From assembly GCA_918797485.1 (NCBI GenBank), contig CAKKNE010000004.1, positions 1,364,001 to 1,428,000 on the forward strand: a DNA stretch of 64,000 nucleotides. Direction: 5' to 3'. Under the pieces are notes generated by a model. The model saw only the letters and a list, made by a program, of their open reading frames with translations. It was not told the origin of the DNA and did not search any database. The position numbers and the translations under genes were made by a program. Shown one piece after another: positions 21,245-31,449 of this stretch. Numbering within the stretch: the first letter of the stretch is position 1; the number at the start of each line of letters is the position of its first letter. This DNA is from Pelagomonas calceolata (Eukaryota).

Positions 21245-21931
21245 TGTCTCTTTCCTCTTGAGAGCCCTCTCTTTTCACTTTCCGACGCGACTGATGCGCG
21301 TCGAGCGACCCGTGCGGGGTACCAGGCGCCTCGTGGCTTCGTTACCGGCGCACGCGTGTAGGTATTGTCCCGCGGTGACAGCGTTCGCGTAATTGCTGGG
21401 CGTCGGAGATAGTTACATATGGTAAGCCTAGTATGTATGGTATTACGCTAGCAAAACTGCGGGTCAGCCGCGAACTGGCACCAATCCACCGCTATTTATC
21501 GTACGGAGCACTCGGTCTTGAAAGCCAGAACCCCCGCGATGACGGCGCGCGGTCGAGCGCCGCTCCAAGTGGAGTGGTCGTGCCTCCGGACTACGTGCCA
21601 CTCTACGCCTATATAGTTCCGTCGAGCCCCAAATCACTTGCTCAAGTGAGTCAAGTCGGCCGAGCGCCGACTAGGCGGCGCCGCGCAGACCCGCCGCGCC
21701 GACGGACGCCCGGTCGCCGAGGCTCGCGCTCGTACCCCTCCGAGCGCTCACCCTAGCTTCCAGCCCGCCCAATAAGCGCGCCAGGCCCGGCCGTGCCCGC
21801 ACGGTGCCACGACTCACATGCACGTCCTGAGTCACTGCGGCGCGAGGTAGCTGCGCCCGACGGGAGGTATCAACGGGCGAAGGAGCCGCAGCATCGGCAT
21901 CGCACCGCGCGAGCTCAGGATGCTGCCCTGT

Positions 21932-22777
21932 ATGAGACGAGTGCTTGCTATCCTCGCCCTCACCCATGGCTTCGCGCCGGCGCCGGCGCCGCGCGGCCTT
22001 GGAAGCGCGCTCCACATGAAGAAGCCCTCGCCGGCCCTGGAAGCCGGGCCGTTGCCGGGGCTGTCCCAGACGAACTACAACGTCCTCATCGGCGTCACGG
22101 CGCTCGGCGTCTCGGCCCCGGCGCTGCTGGCCGCCACCGCGGTCCTGCCCTCGATGCTGCCGGCCAAGGCCCCTCCTACGAAAGGCAAGCCGCCGGCCCA
22201 GGCCGCCAAAGCACCCGTAGGCGCGGCGAAGTTCAAGTTCGCCGAGGCGCTGCCCACGCTGCCCAAGCCGGCCGCGAAGAAGGCGCCGGCGCCGAAGAAG
22301 GCGCCGGCGCCGAAGGCCGCGGCGCCGGCGCCGGCGCCCGCCCCGGCGCCCGCTCCGGCTCCGGCGCCCGCCCCGGCGCCGGCGCCCGCGCCCGAGCCGC
22401 CCAAGGTTGCGAAGGACGCCCAAGTGGCCCTCTTCGGCAAGGCGGCGCCCGCGCTCGTGAACACGGCCGCCGGCGCGACGTCCGGCGACGACGTCTCCGC
22501 CGCGCTCAAGGCGGCGCGGGTCAAGGCGACGACCAAGGCCGGCGCCGTCAAGCCGAAGGCGGCGGCGGCCGCGGCGGCCGCGCCGGCCGCTCCCTCCGTG
22601 CAGATGAGTGCTCTCGATCCGCGCAACCTCGACACGGCCATCACGAACCTGCGGGACCCCGGCACGGAGAACCTCGACCAGGCGATCGAGAACCTGCGCG
22701 CGAAGCCGGCCGAGGCCTCCGGGAAGTCGCGCAACCTCGACGAGGCCATCACGAACGCGCGCGCGCTCTCGAAGTAG
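21932..22777 (+). CDS. Putative plastid-targeted single-pass Ala/Pro/Lys-rich protein with three NLDxAIxN repeats
   Basis: Signal peptide ending THG|FAP (ASAFAP-like); hydrophobic helix; (AP)n linker; repeats at 22622-22765. Confidence 0.75.
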   Translation: MRRVLAILALTHGFAPAPAPRGLGSALHMKKPSPALEAGPLPGLSQTNYNVLIGVTALGVSAPALLAATAVLPSMLPAKAPPTKGKPPAQAAKAPVGAAKFKFAEALPTLPKPAAKKAPAPKKAPAPKAAAPAPAPAPAPAPAPAPAPAPAPAPEPPKVAKDAQVALFGKAAPALVNTAAGATSGDDVSAALKAARVKATTKAGAVKPKAAAAAAAAPAAPSVQMSALDPRNLDTAITNLRDPGTENLDQAIENLRAKPAEASGKSRNLDEAITNARALSK

Positions 22778-23315
22778 TAAGGACTCTTGTAGACTCGCGG
22801 CGCTCCGAGTCGCGGCCGCGGCGGGGTGGACCCGCGCCATGCCGTTTTTTTTTGCTACGGAGGCGTCCGGGGCGGGGCGGAGGCATGGCCTACGCCGCCC
22901 TTCCCCCCAGTTCAACATCCTGAGTCTGCGGAGGCAAAGTCCACAAACCCACACATATTGACTCGCTGACGATGGCCCCGCGGGCCTTCACCCCGACGCA
23001 ACTATTGACGCCGGCGTCGTTCGTCGGCACGCCGCCGCCGCCCCGCCGGGCGTTCGAGGAACCGCCGCCGCCGTACCGGCCGGAGCCGGCGGCGGAGGCC
23101 TACGCGGCGCCGCCGCCGCTGCCGTCCCTGCCGACGGAGGAAGGGCTATGACGATTATCTGGGCTTTTGTCCCACAACCAAAACGAGCTAGCCTCTCGCT
23201 CGTAAAACACGGCAGTCGAAACGAGCTTTTGCCTCTCGCTCCTTAAACCCGGCAGTCGATCGAGTAATCTTATAAATCTTGATAAATATATAGTAGACAA
23301 CAGCCCGGAACAGTT

Positions 23316-24206
23316 CTAACCCGACGAGTAGATGCACGTCGCCGTGGCCCCGGCGCGGCCCGGATACGTATCGGCGCGCAAGCCACTACCGGTAGAAGCG
23401 ACGTCATAAATGCGCCGCCACGCAGGCGTAGCCGCATCGTGCGCGTCCGCGACGGGACGCCACGCCACCCGTGCGATCTCGCCGGGCTGCGGCGTCAAAA
23501 CGGCGCCCTCGTCAATCACCTCACATCGCACGCAAAAGAACACGTCCGAGACGCCCCGGTGGAAGCCGTGGCTGTGACGCACGGCGAGCACCTCCGCGGG
23601 GCGCACGTCCAATCCGGTCTCCTCCCGGACCTCCCGCGCCGCTGCGGTGCCGACGTCTTCGTTCGCCTCGCAGAGCCCGGTCGGCAGCTTCCAGCGGCCC
23701 TGCGCCGGCCCGACGGCCTCCTGGACCAGGAGTAGGCGTCCCGCACGGTCTGTCACTACTGCCCCGACGCCAACCTGGTGTGTCGGCCCCGGCGGCAGGG
23801 GCGATTCGCCGCCCGGCAGCCACGCGCAGCAAAGCACATGGGTCGCGTCGCCGCCTCTCAACCTAAAGCCGCGGTCGAGTATTGATGGCAGGTACTTCAC
23901 GAGTGCCGCGGGCACCTCCAGCCAGACGCCTCGTACTCCATCTCGTCTCCAGCGGTCCAGTGATGCTGTGAGTGCTGCCTCGAAATCGTCGGTTTCTCTT
24001 ACTATTACCGTGATGCCGCCGTAGGCGTCTCGCGGCGACTCGTCGAAGGCGCAGGCAGCGACCGTCGTCCCGGCGGCAACCGCTACGGCCGCTGCCACGA
24101 CGCTGCAGGCTGCAGTGGAGCTGGCCCTGCGCGCTGCTGACAGCTGGCGACGGCTGCAGAGGCGCGCAGCAGCGCGAGCGCCAATACGTGCCAATCGAAC
24201 ATGCAT
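23316..24206 (-). CDS. Nudix hydrolase (NUDT6/AtNUDX2-like) with N-terminal targeting peptide
   Basis: Nudix box GLCEANEDVGTAAAREVREETG; RGVWL, THQVGVGA and WKLPTG motifs. Confidence 0.9.
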   Translation of the reverse strand: MHVRLARIGARAAARLCSRRQLSAARRASSTAACSVVAAAVAVAAGTTVAACAFDESPRDAYGGITVIVRETDDFEAALTASLDRWRRDGVRGVWLEVPAALVKYLPSILDRGFRLRGGDATHVLCCAWLPGGESPLPPGPTHQVGVGAVVTDRAGRLLLVQEAVGPAQGRWKLPTGLCEANEDVGTAAAREVREETGLDVRPAEVLAVRHSHGFHRGVSDVFFCVRCEVIDEGAVLTPQPGEIARVAWRPVADAHDAATPAWRRIYDVASTGSGLRADTYPGRAGATATCIYSSG

Positions 24207-24638
24207 GCTCACTGACGGCTCTGCACGGACGGCTTGCAAAAGCGCGTCGAGCAGAGCTAGCGTTTTGGAGTAAGACACTAGCAACCGAGTTCGACCACCT
24301 CCGCTGTGCGCGCGCGCCCCCCCTAGCCACCCCGCGCACCCAGGGCTGCCCGCAGCGTGCAGCGCCGCCCCTGTTAGCCCGGAAATGAGAGTTGCCCGCG
24401 TGAAAAATGGCCCAGAACCCGCTGAGCACGGCCTTCAGCTTAGGGGCTGCCTTAGCTGCCGCGACGCGCCGCCGGCTGGCCTTCGCCCGACTTTTACCTT
24501 TTGCCCCTTTACCCCGCGGTGACGGTACTGCGTTTCGGCGCGGGCTGCATGCTGGGCGAGTAGGCGATTCTGCCGAGTGGGAGCTCACACGCACAGCCGG
24601 GGGCTCCATCGTGAACACGCACGGCCGGGTCAACCGAT

Positions 24639-24716
24639 CTTTCTTTCCGGGCGTCGCCGGCATGGCGCGTCCACTTTCTTTCTGGGCGTCGCCGGCATGG
24701 CGCGCCCACTTTCTTT
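24639..24716 (+). repeat. Tandem repeat, 35-bp unit x2.2
   Basis: CTTTCTTTCYGGGCGTCGCCGGCATGGCGCGYCCA at 24639-24673 and 24674-24708, plus CTTTCTTT. Confidence 0.9.
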
Positions 24717-25324
24717 ATCATTGGCGGGTCGAGCCCGGAACACGGACGGTACCCATACTCGGGCATCGAGTGGTGCGCGTTCGGTGGTATCCGGCCCGTT
24801 TCCTGAAGTTCTGCCGCCGGCATGGCGGCGAGCCTCATCTGCCTGCGACCGGACCGACCCTACGGAGCGGAGCCGGTCTCGACCTGGGAGGCGTTGGGGG
24901 CGGCGGCATGCCGCCCCCCGTAGCCCTGGCCGCGCCGGCCGAGCTTTCGTAGGCCCTCCGAATCGCTGGGGCATCCATTGAACCCATTAGTTCCGTTCCG
25001 ACGAGTTATTGTCAAGGGCCGTCTGGGCGGGTCGGAGCTCTCGCTCCCCGCTCCAGGATTGCTCGGCCTGGTGTGCGAGGGCATCTCTCTCACCACTTGA
25101 TTTCCGGCTCGTCGTAAAGGAGGAGCCAGCGGCCAGTTCCACATCCTGACGGGGGTCGTCCCAAAAGAAGGGGGGGCGTGCGAGTCCCTGTGACTCAGCC
25201 CTTGCGTCCTAGTCCAGCCGGACGGGTGGGCCCGGGGGGAGCGGGAGGGGTACGGGGAACCCTGCGACGTAACTAGCCTCAGCCTCAGCCGAGGCTTGCG
25301 CTTCAAAAGAATTTAACGAAAACA

Positions 25325-26368
25325 TTACTCCGACGACCGCGGCCCGAGGGCCTCGGCCACGGCCAATCTATCGAGCAGGCCGCGCTCTCCGCGAGCGCGC
25401 CGCGCCGCCGCCGCCCGCCGGTGCTCGCGCGACGCCGGATCTCTCAAAGCCGCCACCAAATCTGAGGTCAGGCCCGCGTTCTCCTCGCGGACGCCCTTCT
25501 CCAATAATTCGGCCGCGGCCACCGCGTCGCCGAGCTCCGGGAAGACGCCGTGTCTTGCAAGTAATCGCGCGATCTGCTGGGGGTCCGCCGTCGATTTGGC
25601 ATCAGGCGCCTCGAACTGGGGGAAGGCCGCCAGGCGCTTCGCATCGAAGTCGTCCTCGTCGTACGCGACACCATGAACCTTGACGTCCGCCAAGAACGCC
25701 CGCATTTCACTTTGCTCTTTCTCATCCCAGTCCTCCCACGGCTTCGACCGCGCCCGGGCTGCTAACGCCCCGTGCTTCGACGCGAACTCGCCGTCCGCCT
25801 TGGTCTCCAATTGTAGCTGGATGGGCTCGGCGAGCTCCTCCCCCAAAACTCGGCGTGATAGCGCGTCCACGGCGCGGCCCAGCTCGAGCGGTTCAGACGA
25901 GCCGTCATCTAACGCCGCCAGCTCGGCCTGGGCCCTTCTAGAAGTTTCCCAGTCCCAGGCCAGCACGTCGCGCATCAGCCACGCGTCGACCTCCCGCTTG
26001 TCCGTTAACGTCGTCGACGGCGGGTCCTCGCACATTCGTAGGGCTTCTGCCGCGGCGTCGCGGTCCTGCTGGCGCCTTAATTCCAGAGCTTCGTCACTTC
26101 CGACGTCGACAGCCCGCAAGGCATGGGCTAGGCTCGGGTCCTCCGCCGGCCTCTCGATAGGAACGAAGGGCGCCACGGTCTGGCTCTCTCGGTATTCTCT
26201 TTCTAAACGGTCCGTGGGCAGCGTGATCTCGCGCAATTGTTTCCTTGCTCTCGGCGGCGGTGGCGGCGGGTTCCGCCTTAACGCTTCGTAGAGCGGCGAC
26301 GGCTTGGCGACGCCGTGCTTGATTCGTAATTCCAGGCGCTTGAGGATGTCGGGGGCCTTGCGGCGCAT
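25325..26368 (-). CDS. Hypothetical protein, N-terminus resembling mitochondrial ribosomal protein mS23
   Basis: ILKRLELRIKHGVAKPSPLYEALRRNPP..EITLPTDRLEREY resembles the mS23/Rsm25 N-terminus. Confidence 0.55.
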   Translation of the reverse strand: MRRKAPDILKRLELRIKHGVAKPSPLYEALRRNPPPPPPRARKQLREITLPTDRLEREYRESQTVAPFVPIERPAEDPSLAHALRAVDVGSDEALELRRQQDRDAAAEALRMCEDPPSTTLTDKREVDAWLMRDVLAWDWETSRRAQAELAALDDGSSEPLELGRAVDALSRRVLGEELAEPIQLQLETKADGEFASKHGALAARARSKPWEDWDEKEQSEMRAFLADVKVHGVAYDEDDFDAKRLAAFPQFEAPDAKSTADPQQIARLLARHGVFPELGDAVAAAELLEKGVREENAGLTSDLVAALRDPASREHRRAAAARRARGERGLLDRLAVAEALGPRSSE

Positions 26369-26738
26369 GGCGCTGGCTTGCTGCTCCTCAACACTGCTGT
26401 GGCGAGCTGGCTTACAAAAGTCTGCTGCAGGGCTGCAACCTGTCGTCAGCGCGCGACAGCTGCGACCAGGTTCGAATTATGTGTACTAAGCACTAATCTC
26501 TGGGGCTGAATACCAGCGCTACGCCCCGCCGCGGGCGCCGGCAATTGCGAAAGGAGCTTGCTAGCGTCGTGTAAGACACTAGCAAGCAGGCAGGCGTCGA
26601 AGTAGGCGTCGTACGGGTCCGGGAGCGCCTCCCGCGCCGCCGGGGAGGTCCCTCGGACGCCTCCGTCCACCGCCCTCGATGCGAAGTCGTTTGGCAGCGG
26701 GGCTGCCGGCCATTAGCTGCCCCACAGCACGACACAAG

Positions 26739-28298
26739 ATGCCGTCCGACGCCTGGACCGAGCAGGAGACCCAGCTCCTGAAACGGGCCGTGCGCGCCGT
26801 GCCCAGCGACCTCGAGAAGAACGATAGGTGGCGGCAAGTGGCCGTGCTGGTCGGCGGCGGCCGCGGCAAGAAGGAGTGCTACGAGTACTGGAAGGCGCTG
26901 AACAAGACGAAGGCGGCGCCTGTGATACGGCGGCCGCCTTCACCAAAGAAGCCCGAGCCGGCGCGGCGCCCGAAGGCCCAGACGGACCGCGTGCGCGCGC
27001 GCAAGGCGCGCGAGGAGGTGCTCGTCGTCGACATCGACGATTCGCCGCAGCGCGACGAAGGCAAAGAAAACTATAGTGAGGACGAGTTCGAAGAGGATAT
27101 CTCACAGCAACTGGAACGGTCGGCCATCGGCGCGGCGACGTGGCGGCGCGCCGTGGGCCCCGGCGCGACGCTGGTGCATCGGCGCGCCGACGAGCGCGCC
27201 GACGGCTACGACGAGCGCGACGAGCGGCCCGCCTACGACGACAGCGACGACGAGGGCCGGCGCGATGTGAAGAGGCGGCCGCGTGGTAGTGAAAGGAGCG
27301 TGTCGAGGGACGAGGCCGTATCATTGAGAGAACTGCTGCTGGGCGACGCGAAACGAAAACCACCGTCCTCATGGCTGAAACAGGGTTTCCGCTTCTGCGA
27401 TGCTCTCGAGGGCTGCGGTTATGGGTTAGTCCAAAAACAGGGCGGCCCCTGCGGCGTCCTCGCGGCGGTCAACGCCGAGGCCGCGTCCGAGCTTATCAGA
27501 TATGAAGACTGGACGTCACCATCATCTGAGAGACGGGAAAGCGCCCTCGCGAAAGCCTTAGCACGCATTGTGAGGAGGTGTTGCACGACCTCCAAAGCTT
27601 TGGTGTGTGTCCCGGGCGACAAACCGAAGGTAGAACGGTCCTCGACATATGCCCCGGATGCGGTCACGGAGTGCTGCCGGGTCTGGACTGTTAGTACAGA
27701 TGAGATCGAGACGCTGTTCAGCTACTTCATCGATGACTTCATGGACAACGGTTGTTTGCTCGTACTCTACTCCTGTTTGTTATCGAGAACGATCGACGGC
27801 GTCCGGTCTGATGGCGACGAAAGTACGTCATTACTAGACCGGCACGGCTACGCGAACCAGTGCGCCGTCAATCTATTGCTCACGGGCCGGGCGACGTCGA
27901 ACGTCTTCGATGGGGACAAAAAAATGGACGACCTTGTACTGCGAGGCGTCTCGGCGAGGAGCGACGTCGGCTTCCTGACGCTGCTGGAGGCCTACCAGCA
28001 CTGTAGTGTGGGGCGGAACTTCAAGGAGCCCCGGAGTCGGGTCTGGGTCGTCTATTCCGAAAGTCATTATTCGCTGCTGGTGGGTGATCCGTCATGCGAG
28101 ACAGATCTGCACTACTGGGACGGCCTCGCGAACCAGGACGAGGTCATTCGGTTGACCGTGGATGAGGAGTATTACGAGGGGCGGGAGGTCCCAAACGTCA
28201 ACGACGCTTCCTTGCTGATCCCTCCTTTGGATTTGGTCGTGCGGTCGCTCTACCCGCACGCGAAGGTCGACTGGAACGGCGCGGAGCCGATCCTCTAG
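26739..28298 (+). CDS. MINDY3/4-family deubiquitinase (DUF4205) with N-terminal SANT/Myb-like domain
   Basis: WTEQETQLL..DRWRQVA..RGKKEC is SANT-like; catalytic QKQGGPCGVLA and SESHYSLL motifs. Confidence 0.9.
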   Translation: MPSDAWTEQETQLLKRAVRAVPSDLEKNDRWRQVAVLVGGGRGKKECYEYWKALNKTKAAPVIRRPPSPKKPEPARRPKAQTDRVRARKAREEVLVVDIDDSPQRDEGKENYSEDEFEEDISQQLERSAIGAATWRRAVGPGATLVHRRADERADGYDERDERPAYDDSDDEGRRDVKRRPRGSERSVSRDEAVSLRELLLGDAKRKPPSSWLKQGFRFCDALEGCGYGLVQKQGGPCGVLAAVNAEAASELIRYEDWTSPSSERRESALAKALARIVRRCCTTSKALVCVPGDKPKVERSSTYAPDAVTECCRVWTVSTDEIETLFSYFIDDFMDNGCLLVLYSCLLSRTIDGVRSDGDESTSLLDRHGYANQCAVNLLLTGRATSNVFDGDKKMDDLVLRGVSARSDVGFLTLLEAYQHCSVGRNFKEPRSRVWVVYSESHYSLLVGDPSCETDLHYWDGLANQDEVIRLTVDEEYYEGREVPNVNDASLLIPPLDLVVRSLYPHAKVDWNGAEPIL

Positions 28299-28686
28299 GG
28301 GCCTAAGGGGCGCTTTTTAGTACACCGCGTCGCGGCGACGGCGTCTCGTAGAGGCGTCGCGGTCTCGCGTCGCGGGCCCGCGGACGACTCGGCGACGCGC
28401 GGCGTCTCCGCCCACTCGTCCTAGCGCCCTACCAGTATTATCGTTGCTGCGGCGGCCGCTCCGTTCGTGCGCGCGCCGCGCAGCGAGCCGGTTCTCAGCG
28501 TCGTCGTCGAGCACTCGATCGTTAGTTGCCGAAGCGAAATAATTTGTGCGCGCAGCACCCGCAGCGCTGGACCCCGACGCCGCGGCGCGCATCGATTCGT
28601 GCAGCGGCGCGTCGCCGACGCGGCCCGCGCGCGCGGGGCAGCGCTGGGCGCGCCGGAAATAAGTCGTGCGAAGCGAAAGCAGCAAC

Positions 28687-31269
28687 ATGGCCGGCGAGCC
28701 GGCGACGCGCACGCCGCCGCGGCCTCGGAGACGGAGCGGGTCGGGGCAGATCGGCCCGCTCCAGCTGGAGAGCCCCGCGCCGCGCTACGCCCAGGTCTCC
28801 GCCGGGTCCCTCAGCCCCGCGTTTAATCCCCTCAAGAGCAAGCAGAAGAAGCGCGTCGCGCTGGTCTTCGAGGGCTTGGGGGCCGACCCCGTCAAAGCTC
28901 GCGCGCAAGTGCTGGCCACGAGTTCGCCCCTGGCTCTCAAACTCAAAGAGGCGTACGACGGCGATCTTGAAGAGGCGGACGCGGGCCTGCCGGAGACGCA
29001 GTTGCCGGTTTGTGTGATGCTCGGGTTGCTGCGGTTGGAATCAGCGCTGTTGTCGCCGGACGTGCCTCTAGGTTTCGGGGACGCGCCGTTGTTAGTATGT
29101 GGACATAGCGCGGGGTTCTTAGCGGCAGCGTGCGTCGCGCTCGATGCGGAGGACCCCTTCGCCCATGCGGGCGATGCGATTCGATGTGCTCAGAGGATCG
29201 GTAAAGCTATCAAGGCGTCGGATACGTCGTGTGCGTTGTTACTACCAAAAACACCACCGGCAGTGGCCGCGATGAAGGTCCGAAGTCAAACAAAAATTCA
29301 ACTAGGACTGGTGAACGCGCCATCATCCTGTGTCTTGACGGGCTCTATTCAGGACTTTGTTGATGTAGCACCGAAGACCGTGAAACTCCCGATACGGTGG
29401 CCGGTGCATAGCTCGCTGTTAGACGAGGCGCGAGTAGCGGTACAGGACGCGTCCGAGCTAGACTTCCTGGACAAACACCCGCACTGCGTCGTGTTGTCGC
29501 CGGAGGACGGCGAGGAGTGCTCGACGCTCAGAACAGATGTCCTCGGGACGCTCACGTCGCAACCGGTCGTGTGGCCCTCGGTGCTCGACGCGGTGCAGGC
29601 GCGGCTGCCGGACGAAGTTATTTTTTTGGGTGATTCCTACGGGTTACTGGCGTGGCATCCGGTTATTGGTAGTAAGAGGACCTACCAGATGAAGTCGTCA
29701 GATGGTAGCTTCGCGGTGAAAATACGAGCGGCGAGGGATGAAGAGGAGGAACCCGTCGTGGAAGAGGAGGACCAGGAGGACGACTCCATGGCCTTGTTCG
29801 CGAAGAAGAAAGGCAAGAGGAAGGACGTGGACGCGGCCGAAAATATGCAGGGCCACGCGTACTTCGCGGCCATGTTGGGTATCCTGTTTACGCATGGTAA
29901 TATCCATACGTTGCCGGGGAAGGGCGATCCGTCCGCCGCGGAGCCGTGGACCGGGCTGCAGCAGTTACACGCGAATTTGGGGGCCGGGTTCGGATTGTTG
30001 TTATTTTTCGCCGTTGCGGGCGTCGGCGACGAGCGGTCCTTCTGGAAGCGCGGCGGCGTCGAGAAGCAGACGACCTGGGAGATGTTGAAACCGCTCGTGA
30101 CGGTCTATGTCACGATGGTGGTACTATCGGCCCTGACGCATGTCACGTACGAAGGGTTATACAGAAACATGGGCTGGCGCTGGGCGCCGAAACAAAAGAA
30201 GCCCTGGCCCTTGCGGCCGAATCTGACGCGCACGAAGTGGTTCGTGGTCATCCTGGCTTTGGCGAGGCTTGTGGGGAGGTTGCATCGACGAGCGTGCAAA
30301 AAATATCCTAAGCTCTATCCCGTCAATGTCATCGTGTCACTCATACTCATGTTCGTGATACAAGTGGAAGTCCATCAAGAACTCGAGTGGAAGGGGTCGG
30401 GCCTGGGGAGCATGGCGTACGGTAGATTATGTGGCGTGTTTATGTATATCGTGGCGCCCAGTGTGCTACCGATCGGTCTGCTCACGCCGAAATCATATGC
30501 GTTCGCGTCCGACGATAACAATGCCTGTATCGAGTACGCCGTGCCCCACGTCGTCTTGTCGAGGTGGCGGCGGCTCATGACGTGTTCTAGACGAGGTCTG
30601 TCCAGAGTGGCGCCGTTCTTCGCCGAAGAAGATATCCCGAGGAAAGACGGCGTGGTGCGGATTCCCGCGCACGTGGCGCGGCCTTTATGCTTCCTGATTA
30701 TTTATTTGCGGTTGCTGGCGTCGGCGTCGTCGATGGGGTATAGAGCCGCCACGTATGATATAAACAACGACGACGCGTGGGCTGGCACTGATATTTCAAA
30801 AGGAGAAAGGTGGACCTACGCCTGGGTCTGTATTCTGAGGAGTGACTGCAAGGCCGGCGGGCCGTCGATGCATTTTTCCTCCAAAGGGGCAATATATCTT
30901 ATCTCCATACTCGACTACGGGTTCGCGATGCTCTATAGTACGGCGGCGTGCTACGTGGCGCCGGCGCGGCGGTCGATCTTCTCCGAGGCCGGTGGTTTAT
31001 GTTTGTTCGCGTACATGTGGCACCGGTGTCTCTTGCCGGTGTTGGACGCTCTTGTTTTGCGGGTCCACAAGGAGACAAGAGCAGACGCTTTACTAGTGCT
31101 GCCCCTCTACATCCTCTTCCAGATCCTCATCTCGGCGCCGTTCCCGCAGTTCCGGGAGGCCTGGGAGCGGCTGCGGAAGGGCCGGCCGCAGTTCCGCGAC
31201 GTCGCGAACCCGCTGTGGATCTTCGCGATCTTGTTCCTGCTGTCCTTGGTGTCGTACTCGTGGGGGTGA
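28687..31269 (+). CDS. Fusion of a malonyl-CoA:ACP-type acyltransferase domain and a multi-pass membrane domain (acyltransferase-3-like)
   Basis: VALVFEGLG, GHSAG, VNAP..VLTG, LPIRWPVHS and PVVW; about 10 hydrophobic helices with GGLCLFAYMWH. Confidence 0.75.
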   Translation: MAGEPATRTPPRPRRRSGSGQIGPLQLESPAPRYAQVSAGSLSPAFNPLKSKQKKRVALVFEGLGADPVKARAQVLATSSPLALKLKEAYDGDLEEADAGLPETQLPVCVMLGLLRLESALLSPDVPLGFGDAPLLVCGHSAGFLAAACVALDAEDPFAHAGDAIRCAQRIGKAIKASDTSCALLLPKTPPAVAAMKVRSQTKIQLGLVNAPSSCVLTGSIQDFVDVAPKTVKLPIRWPVHSSLLDEARVAVQDASELDFLDKHPHCVVLSPEDGEECSTLRTDVLGTLTSQPVVWPSVLDAVQARLPDEVIFLGDSYGLLAWHPVIGSKRTYQMKSSDGSFAVKIRAARDEEEEPVVEEEDQEDDSMALFAKKKGKRKDVDAAENMQGHAYFAAMLGILFTHGNIHTLPGKGDPSAAEPWTGLQQLHANLGAGFGLLLFFAVAGVGDERSFWKRGGVEKQTTWEMLKPLVTVYVTMVVLSALTHVTYEGLYRNMGWRWAPKQKKPWPLRPNLTRTKWFVVILALARLVGRLHRRACKKYPKLYPVNVIVSLILMFVIQVEVHQELEWKGSGLGSMAYGRLCGVFMYIVAPSVLPIGLLTPKSYAFASDDNNACIEYAVPHVVLSRWRRLMTCSRRGLSRVAPFFAEEDIPRKDGVVRIPAHVARPLCFLIIYLRLLASASSMGYRAATYDINNDDAWAGTDISKGERWTYAWVCILRSDCKAGGPSMHFSSKGAIYLISILDYGFAMLYSTAACYVAPARRSIFSEAGGLCLFAYMWHRCLLPVLDALVLRVHKETRADALLVLPLYILFQILISAPFPQFREAWERLRKGRPQFRDVANPLWIFAILFLLSLVSYSWG

Positions 31270-31449
31270 GGTTCTCGCGGCCGCGTCGACGGCGCCGACG
31301 CGGCGCCGGTACCACGCTGAAATGCTCGCACGCGCCTCGCCGCCCGTCACCGAACTCTCTCACGACGTCGGTACGACGTCGGCGCGACGTCACCGCTGCG
31401 GGCGCCGCGCACCACTGAAATTCGCTTAGCTTAACAGTCAAATGTACAC

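Noticed and set aside
22972..23151. 59-aa Pro-rich ORF
   Set aside because: Short and low-complexity with no supporting motif; possibly a gene remnant.
24639..24716. CRISPR array (35-bp repeats)
   Set aside because: Units are directly adjacent with no spacers, there are only two, no cas genes are present, and the context is eukaryotic.
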